Shown here piece by piece: positions 45,986-55,897 of a stretch of DNA of 64,000 nucleotides (position 1 is its first letter; each line of letters opens with the position of its first letter). The position numbers and the translations under genes were made by a program. The DNA lies in the IMG/VR virus record IMGVR_UViG_3300030117_006323, positions 1-64,000 of that record; one strand, 5' to 3'. Under the pieces are notes generated by a model. It saw only the letters and a list, made by a program, of their open reading frames with translations. It was not told where the DNA came from and made no database searches. This stretch comes from a virus.

Positions 45986-47539
45986 TCAGACGATAAAATT
46001 GATTGGCAAGAACGTAAGTTGGTATCTATACACACTTTCACCAGCATCGTAATTAACAACAAATTGTTTGATAGTTCCTTTGATGAAATTAGTGGGCGTA
46101 AAGTCAGTAGCATCAATTTCTTTATCGTAAGCAGTGATGTTATTTTCAGGTCGCTTCAAACGGTGAATATAGGATGATGCTGAGTTAAAAAACTGCGCAG
46201 GATTGCCTGTAGGGGCCAAGAAAGACCTTTGAGTATATTTTTGACCTGATGCTGCTGTTACCATGGATTGATATGGAACTTGGATTCCAGTGATATACGA
46301 ATCAGAATCTTGTCTACTCTGCATGTTATTCATTATGTTCTGAGTTAAAAGAGTCCCTCCTACGCCAGCGAGCATGCCCAAGCCCGCCATACCCAAACTC
46401 AGTGTGAGCATAATTGAGAATGCTGGAGTCGTCGCGAAACGCGCCATAATGTGATTTATAGCAGCCACTGCCGATGCCGTATCAGCATGACCATCGTTAT
46501 TCATGTTGTTACACAAAGCCCAAATTTCATACACTTTGTCGCCAGCAGACAAGTCATTACCCCCAGCACCAGTCGCCGTAACTGGTCTAGGTCCTGAAAT
46601 AGAAGAGCCGCCGCCAGTAAATGTTGTAATGTCAGGTTCTTGTAATGGGCCGAAAATGCCCGGGGGTCTAGGATTCAGAATATTTTGCCAAGTGGGTGAG
46701 CCTCTACCCCAAGCCCCTGTGTCCTTAAATTCGACATTTAGAATGCCACCGACACCATGGCTACCCTTTGAAGTTTCATTTGAAGTTGTAGCGACAAAAT
46801 GACTCCCCGGCCTTTCTGCTTCACTTATTGTACTCGGATGTGTTGTCGAGTTGATAGCAGATGCAATTTTCGTTGTAATTTGCGCAACTGTTGTAGCACC
46901 TTTGATACCGACTAAAATCCACTTTTTACAAAGACCGCCCTGATAGGAAGCGCTGACTGGATAAGTTTTCACCGCAGTGCCAATTAAATGGTCATCTGCA
47001 TGCCCATTTCCATCAGCGTAAATGTAAGCACTTGAGGAAAAATCAACACCAGCCACTAGATGAATAAAATGTGTGCCCCCGTTTTTGTCTATAAATCGGA
47101 GTCGTTGATGAAAAACATCTTGGCCATTTACCTGTCTCAACACATTGTTGGCAGGATTTGATGCCCCCCAATTATTGCCAGTATCAGCCGCGAAATCAAG
47201 TGCCGCAGTCTCACCGTTATGCCGAGTGTAATTTGGACTACCAGTCCACCATTCGCCGCCTGATGCCCCAATAGAGAAATTGATAGATGCTTTCGCTTTA
47301 GGTTCAGCAGCGGCTATAGTTGTAGTCGATGTAGTCGTATCATCGGCAAAAAATCCTTCTATTACCAGTGCGGCAGTAGCCATGTTCAAATCCATACCAA
47401 CTCTTGTGTTTTCTGAAAATGGTAAAGGCACACCTCCAACTGTGCGGTCCACGCTCATGACCATTGATTCACCCATCAACGGAATTTTATCACCGTTAGA
47501 TTGTACCAAGTAAATTGGGAAGCCGCTGCCCTGTGTCAT
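45986..47539 (-). CDS. putative distal tail/baseplate protein
   Basis: Directly follows the tape measure; C-terminal IKG.I..F…Y.AGE..Y.Y.L.F. Confidence 0.5.
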   Translation of the reverse strand: MTQGSGFPIYLVQSNGDKIPLMGESMVMSVDRTVGGVPLPFSENTRVGMDLNMATAALVIEGFFADDTTTSTTTIAAAEPKAKASINFSIGASGGEWWTGSPNYTRHNGETAALDFAADTGNNWGASNPANNVLRQVNGQDVFHQRLRFIDKNGGTHFIHLVAGVDFSSSAYIYADGNGHADDHLIGTAVKTYPVSASYQGGLCKKWILVGIKGATTVAQITTKIASAINSTTHPSTISEAERPGSHFVATTSNETSKGSHGVGGILNVEFKDTGAWGRGSPTWQNILNPRPPGIFGPLQEPDITTFTGGGSSISGPRPVTATGAGGNDLSAGDKVYEIWALCNNMNNDGHADTASAVAAINHIMARFATTPAFSIMLTLSLGMAGLGMLAGVGGTLLTQNIMNNMQSRQDSDSYITGIQVPYQSMVTAASGQKYTQRSFLAPTGNPAQFFNSASSYIHRLKRPENNITAYDKEIDATDFTPTNFIKGTIKQFVVNYDAGESVYRYQLTFLPINFIV

Positions 47540-48072
47540 ATATACCGACCTCGCGCTTTCCCTGTACCCATATTCAAACGAGTCTCTTGCTGGATAAGTC
47601 CCGCAATTTCTTTCGCTAGGGCTCTCTTATCCGTTCTATCAGTCATACCGTTAAGATTGAATGTCATGTTAAACACGCTACCACCACCTCCCATTTTGTG
47701 GTTAGGAGTGATAGAACCACTACTACTAGGAGTAAACATTTCTGGTCCTTTTTCACCTACAATGTAAGGCGTATGAGCAGAAACTGGCCCACCAGCGGCG
47801 CGCTTTCCCGGGATTATGCTACTTACACCGCCGGTAAATGCATCCCATTTATCGCCTACTGCATCCTCAAATTCTTGCCACTTCTCTTTGAGTGCATCAA
47901 TTTCATTCCCAATAGAGATAAAAATGTTCTCAATTTCCGCTACAACATTCCCGACGAACGATGTAACCCCTTCAATTGCACTTTGGATACCTGAAACCAT
48001 TCCAGCAGCAGCCTCAGCGGCTCCTTGGAAAAAACCAGCAATAGCCGATGCTGCGGCAACAGTGACCATCAA
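47536..48072 (-). CDS. very short tape-measure-like protein (178 aa)
   Basis: Amphipathic helical Ala/Gly/Trp region followed by RAAGGPV…YIVGEKGPEMF.P…G.I.PN; follows the chaperone pair. Confidence 0.7.
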   Translation of the reverse strand: MMVTVAAASAIAGFFQGAAEAAAGMVSGIQSAIEGVTSFVGNVVAEIENIFISIGNEIDALKEKWQEFEDAVGDKWDAFTGGVSSIIPGKRAAGGPVSAHTPYIVGEKGPEMFTPSSSGSITPNHKMGGGGSVFNMTFNLNGMTDRTDKRALAKEIAGLIQQETRLNMGTGKARGRYI

Positions 48073-48311
48073 ATATCCTCTCCTTCAAACCAAGCAGAAT
48101 AGTCGAGGCTTACAGTCTCTCCGCTTTTCGATGGGGTTGCTTCATCGCGCACTCTTTTTCGTTCATCTTGGATGGCCGTTACCCATCCGTGTAATTTTTC
48201 TACAATATTCGGTGGCATGTTCCATACTTCCATTGGTGAGATGTGAAAATGTTGTGCTATGATAATCACTATTGATTCAAAGTAAAGTTCAATATTTATT
48301 TTGTCTTTTTT
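48069..48311 (-). CDS. tail assembly chaperone T part (-1 frameshift extension)
   Basis: The -1 frame is open across the end of the upstream ORF; IAQHF.ISP.EVWNM motif. Confidence 0.6.
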   Translation of the reverse strand, partial: KKDKINIELYFESIVIIIAQHFHISPMEVWNMPPNIVEKLHGWVTAIQDERKRVRDEATPSKSGETVSLDYSAWFEGEDI

Positions 48312-48709
48312 GGCTTTACCCGAGAGGAACCTTTTGACCCGGTTTTTGTAGTATCCCGAAACCCCAAGCCTTCTCCTACCATTTCATCTGGCCTAGGGAG
48401 AATATTTGCGATTTGGTCACCAATGTAAGAGTCTAAATTTAACAACTCTTCAATTGTGAGAGAAGGATTAGTATCGACAATCCAATGTGTAAAAGCGTGC
48501 TTCCAGTATGCTTCAAATTGGAAAACGGCTTCTCCTTTGACGAACTGTAGCATTTCTTGCATTGCTCTTTGAATGTCAAAAAATGTAAGACTCTTCACAG
48601 TAACTTCCATTACAACATCAGGGTCATCAGGATTCACCTGAATTTGATGCTTGGTCTTACTCTGTTGATTCATTATCTGGCTCTTGTCCACTATTCTCCT
48701 CTGACTCAC
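48296..48709 (-). CDS. tail assembly chaperone (G-like)
   Basis: Lies between tail tube and tape measure; in-frame slippery A AAA AAG at 48311-48305. Confidence 0.6.
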   Translation of the reverse strand: MSQRRIVDKSQIMNQQSKTKHQIQVNPDDPDVVMEVTVKSLTFFDIQRAMQEMLQFVKGEAVFQFEAYWKHAFTHWIVDTNPSLTIEELLNLDSYIGDQIANILPRPDEMVGEGLGFRDTTKTGSKGSSRVKPKKTK

Positions 48710-49064
48710 TTACTGCTGCCTCCTCTAGGGGCGTGTCGGTAACAGCCGCATCAGCGGGGGCTACCTCTTCTTCATCGGTAGCCGCATCAGCGGGGACCTC
48801 TTCAGAAGTTACTGGGTCTGCATCGTCTAAACGCAAACGCTGGATAAGTTCGGCTTTCTTGCCATTCGTAGATAGATTGCGGTGTTTTAGGGCCGCTTTG
48901 AGTTCTACTACAGTCATATCATCATAACCATCATGTTCTACTTGAAAAGGGTTTCTAGACAAAGGATTTTCAGGATTGAAAATTTCATCTTCAATGGCCT
49001 TAGATGCGTACACTCTAGTGTGCACTTCTTTGGCTGCTCCCGGATTCATGTAAGTTCTAGCCAT
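48657..49064 (-). CDS. SAP-domain protein with acidic tail
   Basis: YDDMTVVELKAALKHRNLSTNGKKAELIQRL. Confidence 0.8.
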   Translation of the reverse strand: MARTYMNPGAAKEVHTRVYASKAIEDEIFNPENPLSRNPFQVEHDGYDDMTVVELKAALKHRNLSTNGKKAELIQRLRLDDADPVTSEEVPADAATDEEEVAPADAAVTDTPLEEAAVSESEENSGQEPDNESTE

Positions 49065-49073
49065 AGTCTCATC

Positions 49074-51359
49074 TCAATATGTAAACATGGCGTCACGGGC
49101 CAAAATACGTACATGTTTAGGCATAATTTTCAAAGAAGCACGCAAAACGCCTTTATCTTCAGGAATGGGCAATGGGGCTTCAGAGATGAAGAAATCATCT
49201 ACTACAATAGTCATGGCTTCATAGTAAGGTGTACCAGTGAGACCAGTTTTACCTGAACCTTGTTTGACAAATTTCAAGACAACGCCGTCAGCATTAGCCC
49301 CTGTGGTTGTGTTGAACTCTTCTGCTGTGCGCATGTAATGCCAAAAGATAGGGTCATCAATGAGGATTTCCATGTTCATATCAAAAGATTGTTTTCCTTC
49401 GACAGCGCATCTCGGGTTACGTGTTCCTGCAAAAGGTATCTGTTCTGTTGAAAATGTATGACCTGCTGCTCCAGACATACCTGTGCTCTGTGGAAGAGGA
49501 GCCCCATTGATGACATGGTAATACTCTACTCCAGTGGTTCCGCTCAAAGTAAAGTTTGTCACTTGAGCGACTGTAGTCCCTCCGATTGTGATTGTTCCAT
49601 TGTAGAAGAAATAGGGCTTTTCTCCATATTTGATGATGCCAGATTCTTTTCGCCCTAACTCAGTGTTAGCCGTGTTTTCAAACATACGGTGCGCTTTGAG
49701 CCGGTCACCTCTACTGGCCGCAGTAGCGTGTAAACGACCAGTATCTGTGTAACACATAGCCGCATTAAAATTGACAGACAATTTGAGAGCAGCATCTGTA
49801 TCAGCAGACATTGACCAATTGGTGACTTTACATCCTTTGAAAACTCGCGTCAAAACTTTGGAATCAGTAGCAGAGCCGGGGACAAAGGTCGCATCTTCTG
49901 AACTGTAAGAGCCTGCTTCACGTGTACGTATAGAAGTTTCAAGACAAAAAGAAGGGGTTGTATCTCGGCTGAAAATAACGTGGTCCACCGCATCTGCCAC
50001 GTATCTATCGCTCGTAATGTGGGGGCTCATCATTGCGTACAAATCAGTAGGATTGGCTAAATCTACCAAAGTACCTCCGCCAATTGTGATTGTGTTTGGC
50101 CCCGCAGTCGTTGCTGTGACTTTACCAATTCTTGTGCCATCAGATTTGTACAATTCAGTGCCATCTGAAATAATCGCAGTTGGGTCTGTGCTAACTGCTA
50201 TTGTACCCGTGTGTCCCGCTGAAGGAGCGGCGGCTGTGTTAATCCCTGTGTCATAAACCGAATTACGATATTCAAGGAAGTGCACTGCTCTACCTGAGTC
50301 GTGAGGGAAATCGAGAGGACCATCTAGCCACAATATGTCACTTGCTGTATCGACTGCTACAATACGTCTAATTTCAGAACGGACTGTGGCATCAGCATGA
50401 GGAGTATCTATCGTGACATTCAATAGAGCACCGGCACTTTTCTTACCGAAATACAAATTGCTACTATCTGCTACACTCAAATCATCTTCTCTGTGCTGAT
50501 GCAAAGGCACTAAATTGTCACCAGAAGAGCCCGCTGGCTCTTGGATATACACATAATGACCGGCGGCAACTGCACCAGTGTCAAATGTCGTTTTTGAGCC
50601 CAATTCAACTAGAATATGTGATTGTCCTGCTGCGGTCTCTGATGATAGCGTACTTTTCATATTCGCGCCTTTGTGGTAAGATGTGGGTTCGCTTGCCATT
50701 TTACCCAAGCAATAGTACAACCAACGAGGACTATGCAGAATTAAATCTATTGACCCGCCTTCATTTGTTATTCTACTAGGTGCTTGTACAACTGTATCGC
50801 GCCCAATGCCGACCACATGGTATCTTTTGATTTCCATTCTTGTTTCAGGTAAATTTACAGTCCCAGCGATTCCTACAAATTGGTCTGTTAAAGTAGATTC
50901 TTGTGTGGTTTTAGGGGTAGTATTGAAAATTGTATTTGCGACATCGGCGGATGGTACTAAAAATGGCCCAATCGTAATAGAATCACTTGCTCCAGAATTT
51001 GTAGAGGCTGCTGTTTTCAAACGAGGGGTTACTGTGATTGTATTCGATGTATTGCCTATAATAGAAAATTCTCTTTTCGTACTGATGCTATCATCGTCGC
51101 CATAATTAGTGCCACCATTGATACGCAATGTCGTTCCGACTAACATATTTTCAGGGACTTTGAGTCGATGCGATGAGTCAAACAACCAATGAGTCGTTGT
51201 GCCTGATACACCTGTGAATGTAAGAATGGATGTATCATCGGTGCTACCATTTGTTACTTGGAATTGCAAACCACCAAATGTGCCATGGGGTAGGTATAAT
51301 GCTGATTCACGGCCAAATGTGACTTCGGCTAAATCGCCCTTGTAAACTGTGGATGGCAT
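49074..51359 (-). CDS. major tail tube protein with inserted domains
   Basis: Position after the terminator and before the chaperones; PSF.LET…R.F.GCKV..W…PY.FY.G…V.NF.L. Confidence 0.65.
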   Translation of the reverse strand: MPSTVYKGDLAEVTFGRESALYLPHGTFGGLQFQVTNGSTDDTSILTFTGVSGTTTHWLFDSSHRLKVPENMLVGTTLRINGGTNYGDDDSISTKREFSIIGNTSNTITVTPRLKTAASTNSGASDSITIGPFLVPSADVANTIFNTTPKTTQESTLTDQFVGIAGTVNLPETRMEIKRYHVVGIGRDTVVQAPSRITNEGGSIDLILHSPRWLYYCLGKMASEPTSYHKGANMKSTLSSETAAGQSHILVELGSKTTFDTGAVAAGHYVYIQEPAGSSGDNLVPLHQHREDDLSVADSSNLYFGKKSAGALLNVTIDTPHADATVRSEIRRIVAVDTASDILWLDGPLDFPHDSGRAVHFLEYRNSVYDTGINTAAAPSAGHTGTIAVSTDPTAIISDGTELYKSDGTRIGKVTATTAGPNTITIGGGTLVDLANPTDLYAMMSPHITSDRYVADAVDHVIFSRDTTPSFCLETSIRTREAGSYSSEDATFVPGSATDSKVLTRVFKGCKVTNWSMSADTDAALKLSVNFNAAMCYTDTGRLHATAASRGDRLKAHRMFENTANTELGRKESGIIKYGEKPYFFYNGTITIGGTTVAQVTNFTLSGTTGVEYYHVINGAPLPQSTGMSGAAGHTFSTEQIPFAGTRNPRCAVEGKQSFDMNMEILIDDPIFWHYMRTAEEFNTTTGANADGVVLKFVKQGSGKTGLTGTPYYEAMTIVVDDFFISEAPLPIPEDKGVLRASLKIMPKHVRILARDAMFTY

Positions 51360-51369
51360 ATTTTTTCAC

Positions 51370-51828
51370 CTATGGGATTAATTCTGCGAATGTAATGATT
51401 TCGACTTGGAACGTGAAGCGCCACAAGAGTTTGGTCCGGTCACTCAAATCAGTCCGTACTTTGAAAAGTAATCGGTCATAATTCACTCCGTCACCTTTGC
51501 GCTTCAGGTGGATGACTCTCCTCAATTCATTCTCCATTTTGTAAAGATGCTCACGACTTTTAACCGTGCGCATATCTACTGTTAGATTGACACGAGTAGT
51601 AACAAAATCATAGAATAATTCAGGGGCTTCTTCGTTGTGAGCAGTCTCATAGATAAGAACATAATCGTGCTTGTTCAAGTCAAGACGCTTACCTCTCTCG
51701 CCTGTAATAGATGAAATATCTTGGACAATGGGCTTAATGTTGTCAGTGTTGGCGCGATTCCAATTATCACCTATGATGCTTTCCAGCAAGGGAATGGTTT
51801 CGGTCCACGTGGCTACCATATTAAGCAC
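51370..51828 (-). CDS. putative tail terminator/completion protein
   Basis: Size, position and beta pattern. Confidence 0.5.
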   Translation of the reverse strand: MLNMVATWTETIPLLESIIGDNWNRANTDNIKPIVQDISSITGERGKRLDLNKHDYVLIYETAHNEEAPELFYDFVTTRVNLTVDMRTVKSREHLYKMENELRRVIHLKRKGDGVNYDRLLFKVRTDLSDRTKLLWRFTFQVEIITFAELIP

Positions 51829-52237
51829 GCTCCATTATTGCTTTTTTTGCGTATTCAGGGAATTGGTCTAATTGTGGATTGCGGATAACCATCAATTTTC
51901 CCACTGTTTTCTCAAGTTGTTTTTTGACTGCGTCTGATGCTTCAGAGCCATCTGCATTTCGGATAGTGTCTGTCATGTCATCGTAAGACAAACCTGCGGC
52001 TTCTGCTTCTATTCTCATGAATCGTTCAAATAAATCATGGGGTTTAGTCCTCAATTCTTTCAAGACATCATCCATCATTTCTGCGTTCATGCTAATATCG
52101 TATTCTTCACGCCACTCTCCAACAGCCATTTTTTGAGTAGCATCTTCTCTGAGCATTTCTTGTTCCCAATCATCAGGGTCAAAATTAGGGTCTAAGCGTT
52201 GGCGCTTACCTTTGATGTTGATGTATCTTTTCGACAT
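51821..52237 (-). CDS. hypothetical neck-region protein (probable start 52237)
   Basis: TAATG coupling to the upstream gene. Confidence 0.55.
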   Translation of the reverse strand: MSKRYINIKGKRQRLDPNFDPDDWEQEMLREDATQKMAVGEWREEYDISMNAEMMDDVLKELRTKPHDLFERFMRIEAEAAGLSYDDMTDTIRNADGSEASDAVKKQLEKTVGKLMVIRNPQLDQFPEYAKKAIMERA

Positions 52238-54066
52238 TAATCGAACACCACCATTTGTCGGTATCGGCCCAAGGTAGTGTCTATGTCGCGTTGCCACAAT
52301 TGAATCTTAGAGGTTAAATCTACATTCTGTGTTCCTTCTGGAATGAGTACACTGCGGTCATCTGACATGAGAAGTTCAATGGCCACCATCTTGGTGCATA
52401 CATCTTGAATTGCTTTTTCCAAATAACGCTCTCCATAGATGTAAGAGGCTTTGATTGCGTTCCACTCAAAGAACGGATAGGAATTGTTGAAGAAGATAAT
52501 ACCATCTTGGTGGTCTAACCAAAGGTCACGTAATCGAGCGTGGTCGCCTACACTAGAGCCACCTTGGTAATCTATTCTGAGCAAATATTGATACAAAGCC
52601 GTGCCGCCTGTATTCAATGTCGTAAGAGGTGAACCAGATTTATTCAGACAACCTGTGAAAGATGTCGCAGTTTTTCCGGTGTATGACATAACTTCAATAT
52701 TATTCCCTGTGCCAATCATAACAAGCCCATACGATGCAAATCCATCAGTGCTTGCGACGTTTACGGTATCACTGGATACACTTGTGCTTGTTGTAGTTTC
52801 TTCTTTGATTTGGCTGATACTGAGATTGGTCAAATCAGTCGATGCAATAGAACAGGTTTCACCTGAATCTGCGTGTCTCATACTTGTAATTTTGACAATG
52901 CCGCCGCCATAATCAGCATTGGCTGTGGCTAAAAATTCGTCACTTACATTCATAGCACGTAACCCTGTAGATGATGAAGAATCTTCTAAATCGTATGAAG
53001 TGTCTGCCGATTTAGCACTTTTTCCGCTTTGTGCATCTTTATTGATGAGATGGGCCAATTGATAGGCTGTTGCTACAGCATCGAATTGTGCTATCCAACT
53101 ACTCATAGCATTTGCACTAGCATACGTAGCGGCTGGTAAAGAGAATATTCCTCCTCCTCCGGGACATAGGAATATCTGTGAACTACCCAATTGCGAATGG
53201 TCAATAATTTTTACACGTGCTTCTGCTGCTCCCACTTCTCTGTAATCGTCACCTTGCCATAATTCTACACGGAGCAATTGCTGTGTGTTTTGGAACATCA
53301 AAGGTGCAGTCCCCACGTAATCTGTATAGTATCGTCGTCTATATGGCTTGTAGGTATCAAAATTGATGTACTCTCCTACAACTAGATAAGGACGCCAAGC
53401 ATTGTGTGTCTTGTTGTCAATGATGTCCTGAGCACGAAGAATCAATTCTTCGACCTTACCGCGTGTTACCCCGTGTCCTGTACGATTGGTGAAAGAAGAT
53501 TGATTCTGAACATAAGTGTTTTTCGCAGTAGTGAGAAACGGAGTGTAAGAGAAAGTCAGTTCTTGGCTACTCAAAGCGCCCCCAGTTGTAGATGCTGATA
53601 ATTCAAATTCATGTTTGGTTGTAATACTCGCTATTGTCGCCCCATCAGGAATACCAGTACCAGAGACTGTCATACCTACTCTCAAATTTGACGTTTTATC
53701 AAATCCAGTTGAAGTGATAGTCGTACTATTGTTGTAAGAAGCAGTCGTAAAAGTGACTACATCGCTAGAATGCTCTAATTTGACTCCACTTGAACCACCT
53801 TCTGAGATAGCAGTAATTGTATGGGTTCGGCCCATTGCGATGTCGTCACTATAAACGAGAATACTGTCACCTGTAGAAAAACCAGAATTACGATAATCGC
53901 TACCTGTGACATATACTCCAGTAGATTCAGAGTTCGCAGACACTGCTACGGGCTCAGGATACCCAATTTCCAAAAGATTGGCTATTTTCTGCGCTGTTGT
54001 ATATACAACTTCTTCAGGGCGAAGAGGGCGTACTTCGGTTTCACCGGGTGTAAATACTGCTGGCAT
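52237..54066 (-). CDS. head-tail connector/adaptor-like protein with large insertions
   Basis: YTT…LL, LI.RA..IID..T…W, Y.YG…AI…C.K.VA..LL. Confidence 0.6.
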   Translation of the reverse strand: MPAVFTPGETEVRPLRPEEVVYTTAQKIANLLEIGYPEPVAVSANSESTGVYVTGSDYRNSGFSTGDSILVYSDDIAMGRTHTITAISEGGSSGVKLEHSSDVVTFTTASYNNSTTITSTGFDKTSNLRVGMTVSGTGIPDGATIASITTKHEFELSASTTGGALSSQELTFSYTPFLTTAKNTYVQNQSSFTNRTGHGVTRGKVEELILRAQDIIDNKTHNAWRPYLVVGEYINFDTYKPYRRRYYTDYVGTAPLMFQNTQQLLRVELWQGDDYREVGAAEARVKIIDHSQLGSSQIFLCPGGGGIFSLPAATYASANAMSSWIAQFDAVATAYQLAHLINKDAQSGKSAKSADTSYDLEDSSSSTGLRAMNVSDEFLATANADYGGGIVKITSMRHADSGETCSIASTDLTNLSISQIKEETTTSTSVSSDTVNVASTDGFASYGLVMIGTGNNIEVMSYTGKTATSFTGCLNKSGSPLTTLNTGGTALYQYLLRIDYQGGSSVGDHARLRDLWLDHQDGIIFFNNSYPFFEWNAIKASYIYGERYLEKAIQDVCTKMVAIELLMSDDRSVLIPEGTQNVDLTSKIQLWQRDIDTTLGRYRQMVVFD

Positions 54067-54077
54067 GCTTCAAACCC

Positions 54078-54662
54078 TCACCAACCCAATTTGGCTCTGA
54101 CTGCTTTCAGCATCATTTCGCCGGGTTGAGGGTCAAAAGAAGTCTTTTTCTCCGATGTGAAATCAAGCAAAGTTGTTTGCCCGGATGGGACTTCTGAAGT
54201 CTGAGCACTTTCAGGTGCCGCTTCAACTTCAGGCTCTTCTTCTACGGGTGTTGGGGCTCCCGGTTGTTTTAGATTACCTTGTGCATCAAAGAGTTCTGAC
54301 CCCGGTGCCTCTTCCTCTTTAGGTGCAAACTCCCCTGATAATCCTCCACCTTTGATACGAGGCATTTGGGGGTCTGCCTCTGGTTCAGGGGCTTCTTCTT
54401 CAGGTCCACTGAGAGGAATGGGGTCATCCATGAATGTGATACCGTGACTCTTCCCGGCGTCTGCAATTGCTTCTTGCATAAGTTGGTCACGCATTGCCTC
54501 AAACTCTGGACCAGATGCCATTTTACCTTGTTCTCGTAGCATTGCGGCTGCTTTCTGGTTAGCCCACTTATTCAGGCGTATCTCTTTTTCAGAGCCCTCT
54601 TCTCCAATGAGAACCTTTTGCCGGTGAGGCTTGACGGGCATTTTGATTAAAATCAAACTCAT
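54078..54662 (-). CDS. acidic Pro-rich hypothetical protein with PIP-like QTTLLDF
   Basis: ORF track; coupled. Confidence 0.6.
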   Translation of the reverse strand: MSLILIKMPVKPHRQKVLIGEEGSEKEIRLNKWANQKAAAMLREQGKMASGPEFEAMRDQLMQEAIADAGKSHGITFMDDPIPLSGPEEEAPEPEADPQMPRIKGGGLSGEFAPKEEEAPGSELFDAQGNLKQPGAPTPVEEEPEVEAAPESAQTSEVPSGQTTLLDFTSEKKTSFDPQPGEMMLKAVRAKLGW

Positions 54663-54952
54663 AGGCGCGCCTCCTCATTACGTGTGCCGAGGTTAAAGTT
54701 CATAGCCTTACCGCATGCACTGCAAGTTTCGGCCCAACAAAAGTAGAGTAAACCACAATGTGTGCACCGTGTCCCAGAGCCAATATTGAGAATGTCACGT
54801 GCTTCTGCGTTACGCTTTCTCTGACGATGTGTAACACCTTTCAGAGGGCGGTCTGTTTCTGTGACACTACTAGCGCCAAGAGATTCAGCCGCACTGAAGC
54901 CACGCTTCGATAGACGGAGCATGTCAGTCATATCGAGTTGCATCTTCTCCAT
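54659..54952 (-). CDS. Zn-ribbon protein
   Basis: CTHCG…CSACG. Confidence 0.7.
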   Translation of the reverse strand: MEKMQLDMTDMLRLSKRGFSAAESLGASSVTETDRPLKGVTHRQRKRNAEARDILNIGSGTRCTHCGLLYFCWAETCSACGKAMNFNLGTRNEEARL

Positions 54953-54961
54953 AGTATCACA

Positions 54962-55159
54962 TCATGGTTTTTGATAAACGACTAAGTAGACGTTACCTAA
55001 AACAACAACTGGTTCTACTGACACAACTTTAGAACCATCGTAACTGTCTAATCCTTCAATATCAGCAGTCATAGCGACACTTAGAGTGCCGTTATTGCCA
55101 GCACCACTGAAGGCTTGCGGTGAATAAGGACCGATGACTTGGATGTCTTTTGCTGCCAT
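54962..55159 (-). CDS. small putative virion protein
   Basis: GGGTGA SD; head module. Confidence 0.55.
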   Translation of the reverse strand: MAAKDIQVIGPYSPQAFSGAGNNGTLSVAMTADIEGLDSYDGSKVVSVEPVVVLGNVYLVVYQKP

Positions 55160-55174
55160 AGGGTTTCACCCCTA

Positions 55175-55462
55175 TCAGCGCTGTCCAATTGCGAAGAACT
55201 TACCCGCAGTACCTGCTACATCACCATTGCCGATTGTTTTGAACCGTAGGGTTGTTCCGTCAATTTCAATGTTAGGGGTGTGCCTGAAAGCGGTCCCACC
55301 TACATCAATTCCTGTAAGGTCTGCGGTTGCATTACAACCTGCAAACATAACATTGCTTAGATGGTCACTCAAGTCAATGCTCGCATCACTTGCTGCAAAT
55401 GTTCCTGTAACTACCATCATGTCGCCTGCAACGTGTACTCGTGTATCAAATGTAATTGCCAT
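55175..55462 (-). CDS. small putative head decoration protein
   Basis: Beta-rich, ends FAIG.R; head module. Confidence 0.55.
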   Translation of the reverse strand: MAITFDTRVHVAGDMMVVTGTFAASDASIDLSDHLSNVMFAGCNATADLTGIDVGGTAFRHTPNIEIDGTTLRFKTIGNGDVAGTAGKFFAIGQR

Positions 55463-55464
55463 TC

Positions 55465-55887
55465 TTAATCACTCTCTTGTTCTACTTGAGCGGGGGCCGC
55501 CTCTTCAATGTTTTCCTCAATCATAGGTTCATCGGTCACATCTGCTACTTCTTCAATCAAATCTGGGTTCATCAAAGTGTTGACGATTACCAATAATTGT
55601 GTCTTTGTAGCATACCGACTTGGATTCGCATCGTATTTAGTCAACCAGTTCATGATGTCTTTGCGTGTCCAACCTGAATCAGGGACACCATCGGCCCCTG
55701 CATCAACAGTTTCGACTTCAACGTGTTCATCGCCGTCAATTAACCAATGACTATCAGGTAGAGCCCTACGCCATTGGTCGAGCCAAGCCTGTGTGACCTC
55801 TCTGGGGATTCCACGAAAGAAATCCTCAGAGCGTCCACAAGGTGACCTACGGACGTTATAAGGTCCGAGGAACTTCACTGTAGGCAG
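55465..55887 (-). CDS. protein with HeH/LEM-like motif (probable CTG start at 55887)
   Basis: PDSGWTRKDIMNWL…ATKTQLL; GAGGTG SD 6 nt before the CTG. Confidence 0.6.
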   Translation of the reverse strand: MPTVKFLGPYNVRRSPCGRSEDFFRGIPREVTQAWLDQWRRALPDSHWLIDGDEHVEVETVDAGADGVPDSGWTRKDIMNWLTKYDANPSRYATKTQLLVIVNTLMNPDLIEEVADVTDEPMIEENIEEAAPAQVEQESD

Positions 55888-55897
55888 ATTAACCACC

